From Candidatus Latescibacterota bacterium (GTDB lineage: Bacteria; Latescibacterota; UBA2968; UBA8231), in contig CBDCXV010000010.1 in NCBI GenBank assembly GCA_965223905.1, positions 128,001-192,000 on the forward strand: a stretch of DNA of 64,000 nt, in the 5' to 3' direction. The notes under the pieces are model-generated. The model saw only the letters and a program-made list of their open reading frames with translations, searched no databases and was not told the DNA's origin. The position numbers and the translations under genes were made by a program. This document shows, piece by piece, positions 1-9,277 of this stretch; position 1 is the stretch's first letter; every line of letters starts with the position of its first letter.

Positions 1-1
1 G

Positions 2-592
2 CTGACCACCCTGCTCAAGCGTTTCAAGTGGGAGGCCGACGAAGCCGAGCTCACCCAGATCACGATCAAGGTTCCCGGGTCGGAAAAGCTGCAGGAAGCG
101 GCCAACATCATCCGCTCGATCCTGAGCCGCCGGCACCGGGGCGTAGACGACTTCAAGATCGCCATCCCCGAGGAGCTGCTGCGCCACAGCCAGAGCACGC
201 AGCGGATTTTCAACATCGTCATGGGCTGTATCGCCGGCATCTCGCTGGTCGTCGGCGGTATCGGCATCATGAACATCATGCTGGCCTCCGTGCTCGAGCG
301 GACGCGGGAGATCGGCATCCGCCGTGCCCTGGGAGCCCGCCGCAAGGACGTGATGGCCCAGTTTCTCGTCGAGGCGGTTGCCGTCAGCCTGATCGGCGGC
401 GTGCTCGGCGTGATCCTGGGGTATTCCCTCACCAAGCTCATCACCCTGTACGCGCACTGGAAGACCATCGTCTATTTCTGGACCATCGCCCTCTCCTTCG
501 GGGTCGCTGCCGGGGTCGGCATCACCTTCGGCTACTACCCCGCCCGCCAGGCGGCGCTGCTCAACCCGATCGACGCCCTGCGCTATGAGTGA
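2..592 (+). CDS. ABC transporter permease, MacB/FtsX family (5'-truncated by window)
   Basis: Frame open from base 2; SLVVGGIGIMNIMLASVLERTREIGIRRALGA and YYPARQAALLNPIDALRYE are the MacB-type C-terminal signature. Confidence 0.93.
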   Translation: MTTLLKRFKWEADEAELTQITIKVPGSEKLQEAANIIRSILSRRHRGVDDFKIAIPEELLRHSQSTQRIFNIVMGCIAGISLVVGGIGIMNIMLASVLERTREIGIRRALGARRKDVMAQFLVEAVAVSLIGGVLGVILGYSLTKLITLYAHWKTIVYFWTIALSFGVAAGVGITFGYYPARQAALLNPIDALRYE

Positions 593-1040
593 CGAGCGGG
601 GGGGGCCCGGAGGCGCCCCGGTCCGGGGCCGCGACCAGGAGAGCCGCCTCAAACCGGGACGCAGGCTGGGCCGGCAGGTGCTGATCGACCTCTACGACTG
701 TCCGCGCGAGATTCTCGACGACGAGAAGCTGATCGCCGCGAGCATGATTGCCGCGGCCCGGGAAGCGGGGGCCGCGGTCGTCGATTCGACCTTTCACCGC
801 TTCTCTCCCTGCGGGGTGTCCGGGGTGGTGGCGATTCGCGAGAGCCACCTGGCGATTCACACCTGGCCGGAATACGGGTACGCGGCGATCGACCTGTTCA
901 CTTGCGGGGACGGCGTCGACCCGTGGATCGCCCACGACGCCCTGAAGCGGGCCCTGGGGGCCGTCCGCGGCGAGGCCATCGAGCTGCCGCGGCCGGGGGC
1001 GAACGGCGGCTGGCCTGGAGAAGAGGTGACGTCGAAGTAA
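585..1040 (+). CDS. speD: S-adenosylmethionine decarboxylase proenzyme (class 1B)
   Basis: GRQVLIDLYDC, HRFSPCGVSGVVAIRESHLAIHTWPEYGYAAIDLFTCG; ESH pyruvoyl cleavage site. Confidence 0.9.
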   Translation: MSDERGGPGGAPVRGRDQESRLKPGRRLGRQVLIDLYDCPREILDDEKLIAASMIAAAREAGAAVVDSTFHRFSPCGVSGVVAIRESHLAIHTWPEYGYAAIDLFTCGDGVDPWIAHDALKRALGAVRGEAIELPRPGANGGWPGEEVTSK

Positions 1041-1104
1041 CGGTGGGGCCGCCTGGAACCAGGGGCCCTGCCCGGCGGACCGGGACCGGCCGCGAAGGGG
1101 GGAG

Positions 1105-2049
1105 CTACTGGCGGTCCTGGTGAAGCTCCTGCAGGTGCACCTGCAGGTGGTCGCGAAAAGCCGCGATGCGCTCCTGGACCACGGCTCCCATCTCCTTCAG
1201 CTCCTGCCGCCTGGCGTGCAGCTTGTGCAGCCGGAGCACGAAGTCCCGCGGCGCGACCACGGCGACCACCCCCTTCCGTGAATCGGTCGGGGACGGCTGC
1301 CCCGCATCCCCGACGAAGTTCACCGCAGCGCTGCCCTGGCCAGGTGATTCCGGCGAGGCACCGGAAGACACTTTCTCGAGGACTCCCTCATGCAGGCTGA
1401 ACTGGCGCGCCAGCGACCACACCTTGCGGCCCTTGTCTTCGAGCCACCGGATTCGCTTCTCGAGCTGGCGGGTTTCCTCCCCCAGCAGGCTGGCGCGGTC
1501 TTCCAGCAGGGCGAGCTTCTGCCGGATCTCGTTCGGTCCGTCGCTGGGGGCGACGGTCATGTCGACGGGATAGCGACCCAGCTCAGGTTCGATGACGTCG
1601 TAGCCCAGCTTCTGGCGCTCCTCCCACAGGATCATCATCTGCATCAGGAGCCCCCGGTCCAGAACTTTCGACAGCGCACCGAGCAGGCGGCTGATCTCCC
1701 AGTCGTAGGCGAGGCGCAGGCGCTCGCGAAGGGAATCCTCGGCCGCGCTCAGCTGTTCGATGCGCTGGTCGGCGTCGACGAGCATGCGCTCGATTGCCAT
1801 TGACTGGAAAAACGCCTTGCGCATCTCCCCCGATTCGGGGGCTACCCGCTTCAGGCTGTCGATGACGGCCGAGAGGTTGCCGGCGGTGCGGGCGAGTTGG
1901 TGCCGCGACTTGTGCATCGACTCCTGGATCACCCCGAGGTTCTCCCGCTCCAGCCTCAGGGCTCTGAGATCCCAGGCCTCGGTCTCCTCGCCGAGAGCCG
2001 GCGCACCCAGGAACGCCACGGCGACCCCGAGCAGTTTACGCCATGCCAT
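1105..2049 (-). CDS. Hypothetical exported coiled-coil protein
   Basis: Signal-peptide-like start MAWRKLLGVAVAFLGAPALG; heptad-rich L/E/R/Q segments; overlaps the end of the upstream regulator. Confidence 0.7.
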   Translation of the reverse strand: MAWRKLLGVAVAFLGAPALGEETEAWDLRALRLERENLGVIQESMHKSRHQLARTAGNLSAVIDSLKRVAPESGEMRKAFFQSMAIERMLVDADQRIEQLSAAEDSLRERLRLAYDWEISRLLGALSKVLDRGLLMQMMILWEERQKLGYDVIEPELGRYPVDMTVAPSDGPNEIRQKLALLEDRASLLGEETRQLEKRIRWLEDKGRKVWSLARQFSLHEGVLEKVSSGASPESPGQGSAAVNFVGDAGQPSPTDSRKGVVAVVAPRDFVLRLHKLHARRQELKEMGAVVQERIAAFRDHLQVHLQELHQDRQ

Positions 2050-3415
2050 ACTTTTCCAGCTTGTAATAGAGAGCACTCGTTTTCACTCCCAGCAGCTCCG
2101 CCGCCTGGGTCTTGACGCCGTTCGCTTCCTCCATCGCCCGGCAGATCAGGTCCCTCTCAAGCGTTTCCAGTTGATCGTTGAGGGCGAGTTTGCTCGCCGG
2201 GATCGGATCCGAATCCCCGTCCAGCTCGCCAGCCCCCTCGGCCAGCGGCAGGTCGCCGGGCCCGATCTCCTCGCCGTCGACGAGGACCACGGTGCGCTCG
2301 ATGACGTTTTCCAGCTCGCGCACGTTCCCGGGCCACGGATAGCGGCAGAGGAAATCGACGGCAGCCCCTGACAGACGCCTGAGGGGCAGGTTCATTTCCC
2401 GGCATTTTTTGCGCAGGAAGTGATCGACCAGCGGGGGGATGTCGTCCCGGCGCTCCCTGAGCGGGGCCAGGTGCAGGGGAATCACCTCGAGCCGGTAGAA
2501 CAGGTCCTCGCGGAAGCTGCCGTCCGCGACCTTCTCCTTGAGGGCCCGGTTGGTCGCGGCGACGACGCGCACGTCGGCGCTCAGGGTGCGCTCCCCCCCG
2601 ACGCGGTCGAACTCCTTCTCCTGCAGGACGCGCAGCAGGTTCACCTGTGTTTCGAGGGGAATGTCGCCGATCTCGTCGAGGAAGATGGTGCCTCCGGAGG
2701 CGAGCTCGAACTTGCCCTTCTTCAGCTTGACGGCGCCGGTGAACGCCCCCTTCTCGTGTCCGAACAGCTCGCTCTCGACCAGGGACACGGGCAGTGCCCC
2801 GCAGTTGACCTTGACGAAGGGGCCGGAGCTGCGGGCGCTGCGGTTGTGGATCGCCCGCGCCACCAGCTCCTTCCCGGTTCCGCTCTCCCCGTAAATCAAC
2901 ACGGAGGAATCGGTGGCGGCCACCCTTTCCACCCTCGCCAGGACCTGGGCGATATGCCGTGAGCGCCCCACGATTTCGCCGTAGCGATCCTCGATCTCCT
3001 CGCGCAGGTACTCGTTCTCCTCGCCGAGCCGGTCGCGCTCGCGGCGGTCGGCGCGGTTTCCAAGCACCCTCTTCACCTTGAGCTGCAGCGCTTCCATGGG
3101 GAACGGTTTGGTGATGAAGTCGACGGCGCCGATCTGCATCGCGCGCACGGCGATCTCGATGGTGCCGTGAGCGGTGATGATCACGACGTCGGTGTCGCCG
3201 AAGTCCCTCCTGATCGCCTCGAGGAGCTGCAGCCCGTCCATTTCATCCATCTTGTAGTCGGTAATCACAAGGTCGAAGGCCCCCTGGCGCGCCAACCTGG
3301 ACAGGGCCTCGACCCCGCTGGCGGCGGTGACCGCCTCGCACCCCATACGCTCCATCACCAGGGCGATCCCTGAGCGCATGGTTTCGTTGTCGTCGACGAT
3401 CAGTATCCGGCTCAT
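2036..3415 (-). CDS. Sigma54-dependent response regulator (NtrC family: REC-AAA+-Fis HTH)
   Basis: ILIVDD receiver, GESGTGKE Walker A, GAFTGA, FLDEIGD, WPGNVRELEN, C-terminal HTH; ATG 3415 overlaps kinase stop (ATGA). Confidence 0.95.
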   Translation of the reverse strand: MSRILIVDDNETMRSGIALVMERMGCEAVTAASGVEALSRLARQGAFDLVITDYKMDEMDGLQLLEAIRRDFGDTDVVIITAHGTIEIAVRAMQIGAVDFITKPFPMEALQLKVKRVLGNRADRRERDRLGEENEYLREEIEDRYGEIVGRSRHIAQVLARVERVAATDSSVLIYGESGTGKELVARAIHNRSARSSGPFVKVNCGALPVSLVESELFGHEKGAFTGAVKLKKGKFELASGGTIFLDEIGDIPLETQVNLLRVLQEKEFDRVGGERTLSADVRVVAATNRALKEKVADGSFREDLFYRLEVIPLHLAPLRERRDDIPPLVDHFLRKKCREMNLPLRRLSGAAVDFLCRYPWPGNVRELENVIERTVVLVDGEEIGPGDLPLAEGAGELDGDSDPIPASKLALNDQLETLERDLICRAMEEANGVKTQAAELLGVKTSALYYKLEKYGMA

Positions 3416-4950
3416 GCCTGCACCAGTTGGCTCGCCGCGGCGCCCCTCGCCGCGGGCAGGTGGAGGGTGACCCTGGTGCCCTTGCCGGGCTCGCTGGCGA
3501 TGTCGATGCGGCCGCGGTTCTTCTCGACCGCCTGGTGGGCAATCGCCAATCCCAGGCCGGACCCCTTCTCCCGGGTGGTGAAGAAAGGCTCGAACAGGCG
3601 CGCCTGAACGTGGCTGGGGATACCCGGACCGGTGTCCTCGATCTCGACGGCGACCCAGGCCCCGCCCGGTTCGGCGCGCATCGACAACCACCCTCCAGTT
3701 CCCGCCATGGCCTGCACGCCGTTCTTCATCAGGTTGACGAGGGCCCGCTTTATCTGCTCGGGATCGGCGAAGATGGCGAGATCCGGGGGGATCTGCTGGT
3801 CGTACTCCACCGAAGCCCGCTCCATCTCCGGCGACAGCAGGAAGGCCGCGTCTTCCGCGAGCCGGGCCACGAGGACGCTCTCCGGGTCGGGCGTGGCCTG
3901 GCGCGCGAAGGCGAGGAACTCGGCGATCACCCTGTCGAGGTTCCTGACTTCGGCGATCACCTTGCGGATGTGCTGCTTGCGCGAGTCTCCCTCCGGCAGG
4001 TCGTCGGCGATCAGGCCGGCGTAGATCTCGATGCCGCCCAGCGGGTTGCGGATCTCGTGGGCAACCCCGCTCAGCATCTGGCGCAGTTGCGCGTCCCTGG
4101 CCAGCAGCTTGAGGCGCATCTCCTCCATCGTCTCCCCGAGGTAGCCGATCTCGTCGCGCCCCGAGGTGTCGACGGCATTCTCCAGGTTGCCGCGCCCGAT
4201 CTCGCGCGCCGCGGTAACCAGCCTCTGGATCGGCCGCGTCAGGGTTCGCGCCAGGGTCACTGCCACCACCAGGGTCAGCAGCGCGCTCAGGCCGGCGAAG
4301 AGGTAGACGGAATCCCTGAAGCGATGGACCGCCATGGTGTACCCCGGGCCGATGTCGACGGCGACCCCGGCAACGACCTTGCCGCTTGCGGTGACCGGGG
4401 CGTACCCGGTCATGTAGTCGAGCCCGGCTTCATCGGTGAACAGGAGGGTGTGGGTCGGCTCCCCTTCCCAGAGTCTGGCCACCTCCATGCGGTCGCGGTA
4501 CTTCAGCCTGGGGTACTCGCGGCCAATGGCGATGCCCGGCTCGGTGTCGAGAAGGCTGCGGCCGTCCCGGTCGAAGACGTAGATCCTGCGAGCCCCGACC
4601 ATCTCCTGGGCGCGGCGCAGCCGGTTCGTCGAGTTGCGGTAGAAGCGGTAGGCCTCGTACCCCGGGCGCAGCCCCATGACGGTTTCACCGTCGATCCCCG
4701 AGGCGATCAGCTCGACCTCGGCGATGAGGTAATTCCCCATCTGCCGCTCGAGGCTGTCGAAGGCGCGTTCGTAAAGGACCCAGCCGCTGCCGCCGACGAC
4801 GACCATCGCCAGGAGCACGAAGCTGAGAACGAGGCGCCGTCCGATACGCCCGCGCCGGGCGACCCTTTCCCTGACTCCGGTTGCAGACAGGGTTTCCCGG
4901 CGGCGATCCTCCGCCCGGGGTTTCGCGGCTGGAACAGCAGGAGCGGTCAT
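3412..4950 (-). CDS. Membrane sensor histidine kinase with HAMP domain
   Basis: Two TM segments, HAMP (DEIGYL), H-box VAHEIRNPL, N-box NLMKNGVQA, DTGPG, FEPFFTT, GSGLGL. Confidence 0.94.
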   Translation of the reverse strand: MTAPAVPAAKPRAEDRRRETLSATGVRERVARRGRIGRRLVLSFVLLAMVVVGGSGWVLYERAFDSLERQMGNYLIAEVELIASGIDGETVMGLRPGYEAYRFYRNSTNRLRRAQEMVGARRIYVFDRDGRSLLDTEPGIAIGREYPRLKYRDRMEVARLWEGEPTHTLLFTDEAGLDYMTGYAPVTASGKVVAGVAVDIGPGYTMAVHRFRDSVYLFAGLSALLTLVVAVTLARTLTRPIQRLVTAAREIGRGNLENAVDTSGRDEIGYLGETMEEMRLKLLARDAQLRQMLSGVAHEIRNPLGGIEIYAGLIADDLPEGDSRKQHIRKVIAEVRNLDRVIAEFLAFARQATPDPESVLVARLAEDAAFLLSPEMERASVEYDQQIPPDLAIFADPEQIKRALVNLMKNGVQAMAGTGGWLSMRAEPGGAWVAVEIEDTGPGIPSHVQARLFEPFFTTREKGSGLGLAIAHQAVEKNRGRIDIASEPGKGTRVTLHLPAARGAAASQLVQA

Positions 4951-4953
4951 TCT

Positions 4954-5883
4954 TCAGGCCGCAGACGCAGGTTCCCGGTCGCGGCACTCCTGCTCCCAGG
5001 CCTGCCAGTAGCTGCGCAAGCGGCGGCAGAAGGCTCCCGGTTTCTCGGCGTAGATCCTGCGGGCGAGCCGCATCGACTCGGCCTGCAGGCCTTGCCGGCG
5101 CTCGGCGATGGCCCGGTCGAGTTCGGCCAGGGTATCCGGGTTCTCCGCAGCGGAAAGCTCACTGAGGGTGGTTGACAGGACGGAAAGGTCGTGATCGTTT
5201 CCCAGCATGTCGCCGAGGGCGTCGGCCTGGCCGATGGCGGTGGCCATCTGCTCCGGCCAGATCGGTCTGAGGATCTGGTGATGATACCATAGGTATTTGA
5301 CCCGCTTGCGCCATTCGTGGAGACCCTCGTCGGTGGGCCGGCGGGCAGCCTCGCCGAACTCGGCGGAGCCCTGCGCGTAGATACGCCGGAGGCCGCCTTC
5401 GAGCCCCTTCCAGCCGTCGCGGAGAGGCCATTCCGCGGCGCGGCCGTCCGCTTCCTCGAGCTCCTCGACCGCGGCCTCGACCGCAAAAGGGGTCACGCCC
5501 CCGGATCGATAGGCGAGCTCGCGGCCCTCCGCCAGACGGGAGCGAACGGCGCCGAAGCGGTCGGGAGGCAGCCGCTTCCCCAGCCGGGCCGTGAGGGCGT
5601 CGAACGTCTCCACCAGGGCCGCGGCATCCCGCAGCGCCGAAAGCTGTGCCGCGACCCCGCGGTAGCAGGCGTTCTCGCGACGGTAGGTCTCCTTCCCCAG
5701 CTCGGTCCGCACCAGGCGGACAAGGGCGCGCAGGCGTTTCATGCACTTGCGGGCTTCGTGTATCTGCTCGTCGCGCGGACCGGTACGGCTCCGCAGGTGG
5801 GCGACCGCGGCCTGGAGCTGCTCGCGAGCGATTCTGCGTACCCCGGCAGGAACTCCCTCGCCTCGGATCAGTCGGTAGGCCAT
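4954..5883 (-). CDS. CHAD domain protein (polyphosphate-binding family)
   Basis: IHEARKCMKRLRALVRL, LSALRD, LHEWRKRVKYLWY, LGNDHDL motifs; start MAYRL at 5883. Confidence 0.9.
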   Translation of the reverse strand: MAYRLIRGEGVPAGVRRIAREQLQAAVAHLRSRTGPRDEQIHEARKCMKRLRALVRLVRTELGKETYRRENACYRGVAAQLSALRDAAALVETFDALTARLGKRLPPDRFGAVRSRLAEGRELAYRSGGVTPFAVEAAVEELEEADGRAAEWPLRDGWKGLEGGLRRIYAQGSAEFGEAARRPTDEGLHEWRKRVKYLWYHHQILRPIWPEQMATAIGQADALGDMLGNDHDLSVLSTTLSELSAAENPDTLAELDRAIAERRQGLQAESMRLARRIYAEKPGAFCRRLRSYWQAWEQECRDREPASAA

Positions 5884-6033
5884 CTCGATTTCTGCAGTGA
5901 AACCATGCTGTCCGGATTTTGGGAAGTTACTCACCGCGAACCTGAATGTCCACCCTAAGGTATAGTACTTACTGATACTTCCATTCATTGCCCCCGGTTC
6001 CTGTAAAACCGTGGCGGCAGCTCCACCCGACCC

Positions 6034-6219
6034 CCTGGGCTATTTAGCGTAACTCCCTCTGTTTCCATATACTTGAGACAGGTTTGCCGGTCTGGCGGCC
6101 CGCTTCGGGAGTCCCCTGCCGCGGCATTGCTCGGGCAGCCGTCCCCACGGTTCCACCTTTGGGCCCTGAGCCGTCAGGCACGTCGGATCTAGGGTCCGCC
6201 CCCTGGCTCCCGGCCCAGG
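6034..6219 (-). ncRNA. Candidate structured RNA / leader element (unidentified)
   Basis: Closing stem CCTGGGC (6034-6040) / GCCCAGG (6213-6219) enclosing several hairpins, in the intergenic region upstream of the CHAD operon; strand uncertain. Confidence 0.3.
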
Positions 6220-6333
6220 TTTCATTGCCGCTCCGGCCGCCGCCGATGCCGGACAGGCCCTTCTACTGTTCTGCCGGGCCCGCATTCGCAGCCGATGAGC
6301 CGTGATTCCCCGGATGGAGCCTCCCCCTATCAG

Positions 6334-7398
6334 ATGAAAATCGCCACCGTCATCGGCGCCCGGCCGCAGTTCGTGAAGGCAGCCGCGGTATCCCGCCTTT
6401 TCGCCGCCAGGGCCGGCGACCGCGAGCTGCTCATCCACACCGGCCAGCATTACGACAGGGAGATGTCGGCCATCTTCTTCTCCGACCTCGGAATTCCCGA
6501 GCCGGCCTGCAACCTCGGCATCGGCTCCGGCGGCCACGGCGATCAGACCGGCCGCATGATGATCGCCCTCGAGCCGGTGCTCCTGGAAGAGCTGCCCGAC
6601 CTGCTGCTGGTGTACGGCGACACCAACTCGACCTTGGCCGGCGCCCTGACCGCGGCCAAGCTGCACATCCCCGTCGCCCACGTCGAGGCGGGGCTGAGAA
6701 GCTTCAACCGCCGCATGCCGGAGGAGATCAACCGGGTATTGACCGACCGGCTTTCGCGCTGGCTCTTCTGCCCGACTCCCGCCGCGGTGAGCAATCTCGC
6801 CAGCGAGGGGATTCTCCAGGGTGTCTTCCACACCGGGGACGTGATGTTCGACGTCCACCTGCTGTTCGCCGACCTGGCCGAGACCCGCTCCACCGTGCTC
6901 GCCGACCAGGGCCTGCGCGCCGGGGAGTATTACCTTGCGACCCTGCACCGGGCGGAAAACACCGACTTCCCCGCACGCCTTCGGGAGATATTCGCAGCAC
7001 TCGGCGACCTCGGCCGTCCCGTGTTCCTGCCCCTGCACCCGCGCACGCGCAAGGCGATCGAGGAGCTGGGGCTCGAGGTCGCTCCCCCGGTCCGCCTGGC
7101 GACCCCGGTCTCCTATCTCGACATGGTGATGCTGCAGAAACAGGCCCGGGCGGTTCTCACCGACTCCGGCGGCATGCAGAAGGAGGCCTGGTTCTGCCGC
7201 ACTCCCTGCGTGACCCTGCGCGACGAAACCGAGTGGACGGAGACGGTGGATGCGGGGTGGAACCGGCTGGCCGGCGCCGACAGGGAGGCGATTCTCGCCG
7301 CGGTCGACAGCTTCGAGCACCAGGCCCCCACCGGGACCGTCGACGCCTACGGCGACGGCACCTCCGCCCAGACCATCGTCGATATCCTGACATCCTGA
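6334..7398 (+). CDS. wecB: UDP-N-acetylglucosamine 2-epimerase (non-hydrolysing)
   Basis: MKIATVIGARPQFVK, HTGQHYD, GDTNSTLAGAL, HVEAGLRS, PEEINR, TDSGGMQKEA. Confidence 0.95.
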   Translation: MKIATVIGARPQFVKAAAVSRLFAARAGDRELLIHTGQHYDREMSAIFFSDLGIPEPACNLGIGSGGHGDQTGRMMIALEPVLLEELPDLLLVYGDTNSTLAGALTAAKLHIPVAHVEAGLRSFNRRMPEEINRVLTDRLSRWLFCPTPAAVSNLASEGILQGVFHTGDVMFDVHLLFADLAETRSTVLADQGLRAGEYYLATLHRAENTDFPARLREIFAALGDLGRPVFLPLHPRTRKAIEELGLEVAPPVRLATPVSYLDMVMLQKQARAVLTDSGGMQKEAWFCRTPCVTLRDETEWTETVDAGWNRLAGADREAILAAVDSFEHQAPTGTVDAYGDGTSAQTIVDILTS

Positions 7399-7566
7399 GT
7401 GTCCCCCAGTGTCCTGTCCCGGAAACGGATTGCCGAGGTTCGGCCCCCGAGGAATCGCGTGGGCTTTGGGGGGGGGCGTGCCGGCGGTGTACGGCGAGCG
7501 AAGGCAACGCAGCGATCCGGATGAATCGGCGGAAGAATGGCGGAAATTGACTGGACAGGACAGTAG

Positions 7567-9258
7567 ATGCTCGACCTGATCTCAGCTCCTCCTGCGGCCG
7601 GCGACAGGAATTTCGAGGAGGCGGCCTCCCTGTTCCGCCGCAATTTCTCCGTCCATTCCGGTATTGCCGTGTCTCCTGGCCCAGGCCAGGCACCTGTCGC
7701 TCTGGTGTACGGCGACTGCACTCTCGATTCCCTGCGGCCACTTGCCGAGAGCTACAGCGGCCTGGTAGCCATTCCCGCCCAGCCGCCGGCCGATCCGTCC
7801 GCCTGCGGAAATTCCGACACCTACCGGCTGAACGGGGCCGAGGTGCCGCTGTTTGCCCCTGTCGATGCGCAGGCGGTCCCGGGGTTCCGACCGTTCGCGG
7901 CGACCGAACAGGGGCGGACGCTGGCCTGGGAGGGCCGGCTCGGAACAGCCGAGGTAGTGCTCTTCACCGCGGACCTGGTCTCGGAATCGCAGCGGCTGCT
8001 CAGCGGCGGTTTCGAAGCGGCGACCGGGACCGACGGGCACGGGCGCCACAACCCGCCGCCCCCCGAGGTCTACCGCACCCCGGCGGTCTCCTTCCATTTC
8101 AACCTGGTCGCCAGGGCGGTGCGCCGGGTCTACGACAGGGCGGAGCTTCCCCTGCTCTCCATCCCGCGCTGGCCGGCCTCCGCACCGATGGCGCTGTTCC
8201 TCAGCCACGACGTCGACGCCGTTAAAAAGTGGACGGGCAAGCGGGTGCTGTACGAGCTGGCCCTTTCGGCGTTGCGACGGGAGAACCCTGGCCCGGCACT
8301 CCGCTCCATCGCCGCCGGCCTGCGAGGCCGGGACCCCTACTGGCGCTTCGACGAGCTGCTGGAGCTCGAAGCGGAGTCCGGGTTCCCTTCGACTTGGTTC
8401 TTCGCCCCTTTTGGCGGCGACTACGACCGCCGCACCCGGCCGATAGACCCGGTGTACCGGCGCCGGTCCGCCGAGCTGGTCGAGGCCTTCGCAAGGATCG
8501 GGAGCCGCGGCTGCGAGATCGGCCTTCACGGGGTTCGCGACGCCTTCGTAGAGGCCGCGGAGCTGAGGCGGCAGCTCGAACAGCTCGAGCAGCATGCCGG
8601 CAGCCGGCTCGACGGCCTCCGCTTTCACTACCTGATGTTCCGCCACGGAAGCACTTACGCCGCGGCCGCCGAAACCGGGCTCCGCTACGATGCGAGCCGC
8701 GGCTTCTCCGACCGCGCCGGATTTCGCGACGGCATGGCGGCTCCCTGGTTCCCCTTCGCAGAAGGGAGCGATCTGGTCGAGCTGCCCCTGCACTGCATGG
8801 ACGGTCTGTTCCTGCTCGCCGGGGACCCCGAGACCGCGGCCTCCGAGGTGCAGGAGGCCTACCGCCTTTCCAGGGCGGCAGGAGGCATGTTCAGCTTCCT
8901 GCTCCACCCCGGCTGTCTCGACCCGCTGGAGATCCCCGGGCTCGAGTCCTTCTACCGGGAGCTTCTTTCCCGGGCGCGCCGGGACGGCTGCCTCGGCATG
9001 ACCGGACGGCAGCTGTGCGACTGGTGGCTGGCAAGAGAACGCGTGCTGAAGAGCCTGGAATTCAGTCCCGGCCGCTGGCGGACCGCCGGGGTACCGGTCC
9101 CCGAGGAGATGGAGTTCGCCTTCTCCACTCCTCCCGACTCCGCGGCGGAGATGTCGCTGGAGAGCGGCGAGGTGGCGGCGCGGCGGCAAAACGGCGACCT
9201 CGTGCTACGCCCGGGGCCGGACGATCCCGAGCGCGGGATCACCTTCCTCTCCGGCTGA
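7567..9258 (+). CDS. Polysaccharide deacetylase-family protein
   Basis: LSHDVD, EIGLHG, RFHYLMF, YDAS-GF-GFRDG, ELPLHCMD motifs; lies in a polysaccharide locus. Confidence 0.8.
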   Translation: MLDLISAPPAAGDRNFEEAASLFRRNFSVHSGIAVSPGPGQAPVALVYGDCTLDSLRPLAESYSGLVAIPAQPPADPSACGNSDTYRLNGAEVPLFAPVDAQAVPGFRPFAATEQGRTLAWEGRLGTAEVVLFTADLVSESQRLLSGGFEAATGTDGHGRHNPPPPEVYRTPAVSFHFNLVARAVRRVYDRAELPLLSIPRWPASAPMALFLSHDVDAVKKWTGKRVLYELALSALRRENPGPALRSIAAGLRGRDPYWRFDELLELEAESGFPSTWFFAPFGGDYDRRTRPIDPVYRRRSAELVEAFARIGSRGCEIGLHGVRDAFVEAAELRRQLEQLEQHAGSRLDGLRFHYLMFRHGSTYAAAAETGLRYDASRGFSDRAGFRDGMAAPWFPFAEGSDLVELPLHCMDGLFLLAGDPETAASEVQEAYRLSRAAGGMFSFLLHPGCLDPLEIPGLESFYRELLSRARRDGCLGMTGRQLCDWWLARERVLKSLEFSPGRWRTAGVPVPEEMEFAFSTPPDSAAEMSLESGEVAARRQNGDLVLRPGPDDPERGITFLSG

Positions 9259-9277
9259 AGGGTCTGCGGAGAAACCG

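Noticed and set aside
598-605. G8 tract in the speD N-terminus as a phase-variation switch
   Set aside because: Currently in frame, encodes Arg-Gly-Gly in a non-conserved extension; no supporting evidence
3427-5175. Long antisense/alternative-frame ORFs (also 15874-18153, 19834-22647, 41684-43720, 44352-46340, 51217-53037)
   Set aside because: Shadow ORFs typical of high-GC coding DNA; they overlap well-supported genes and have no motifs
6040-6205. tmRNA 5' end, T-box, lysine or c-di-GMP riboswitch, or 6S RNA
   Set aside because: Only short partial matches; no tmRNA 3' end, no T-box stem I, helices too short, and the arms do not form a 6S-like rod
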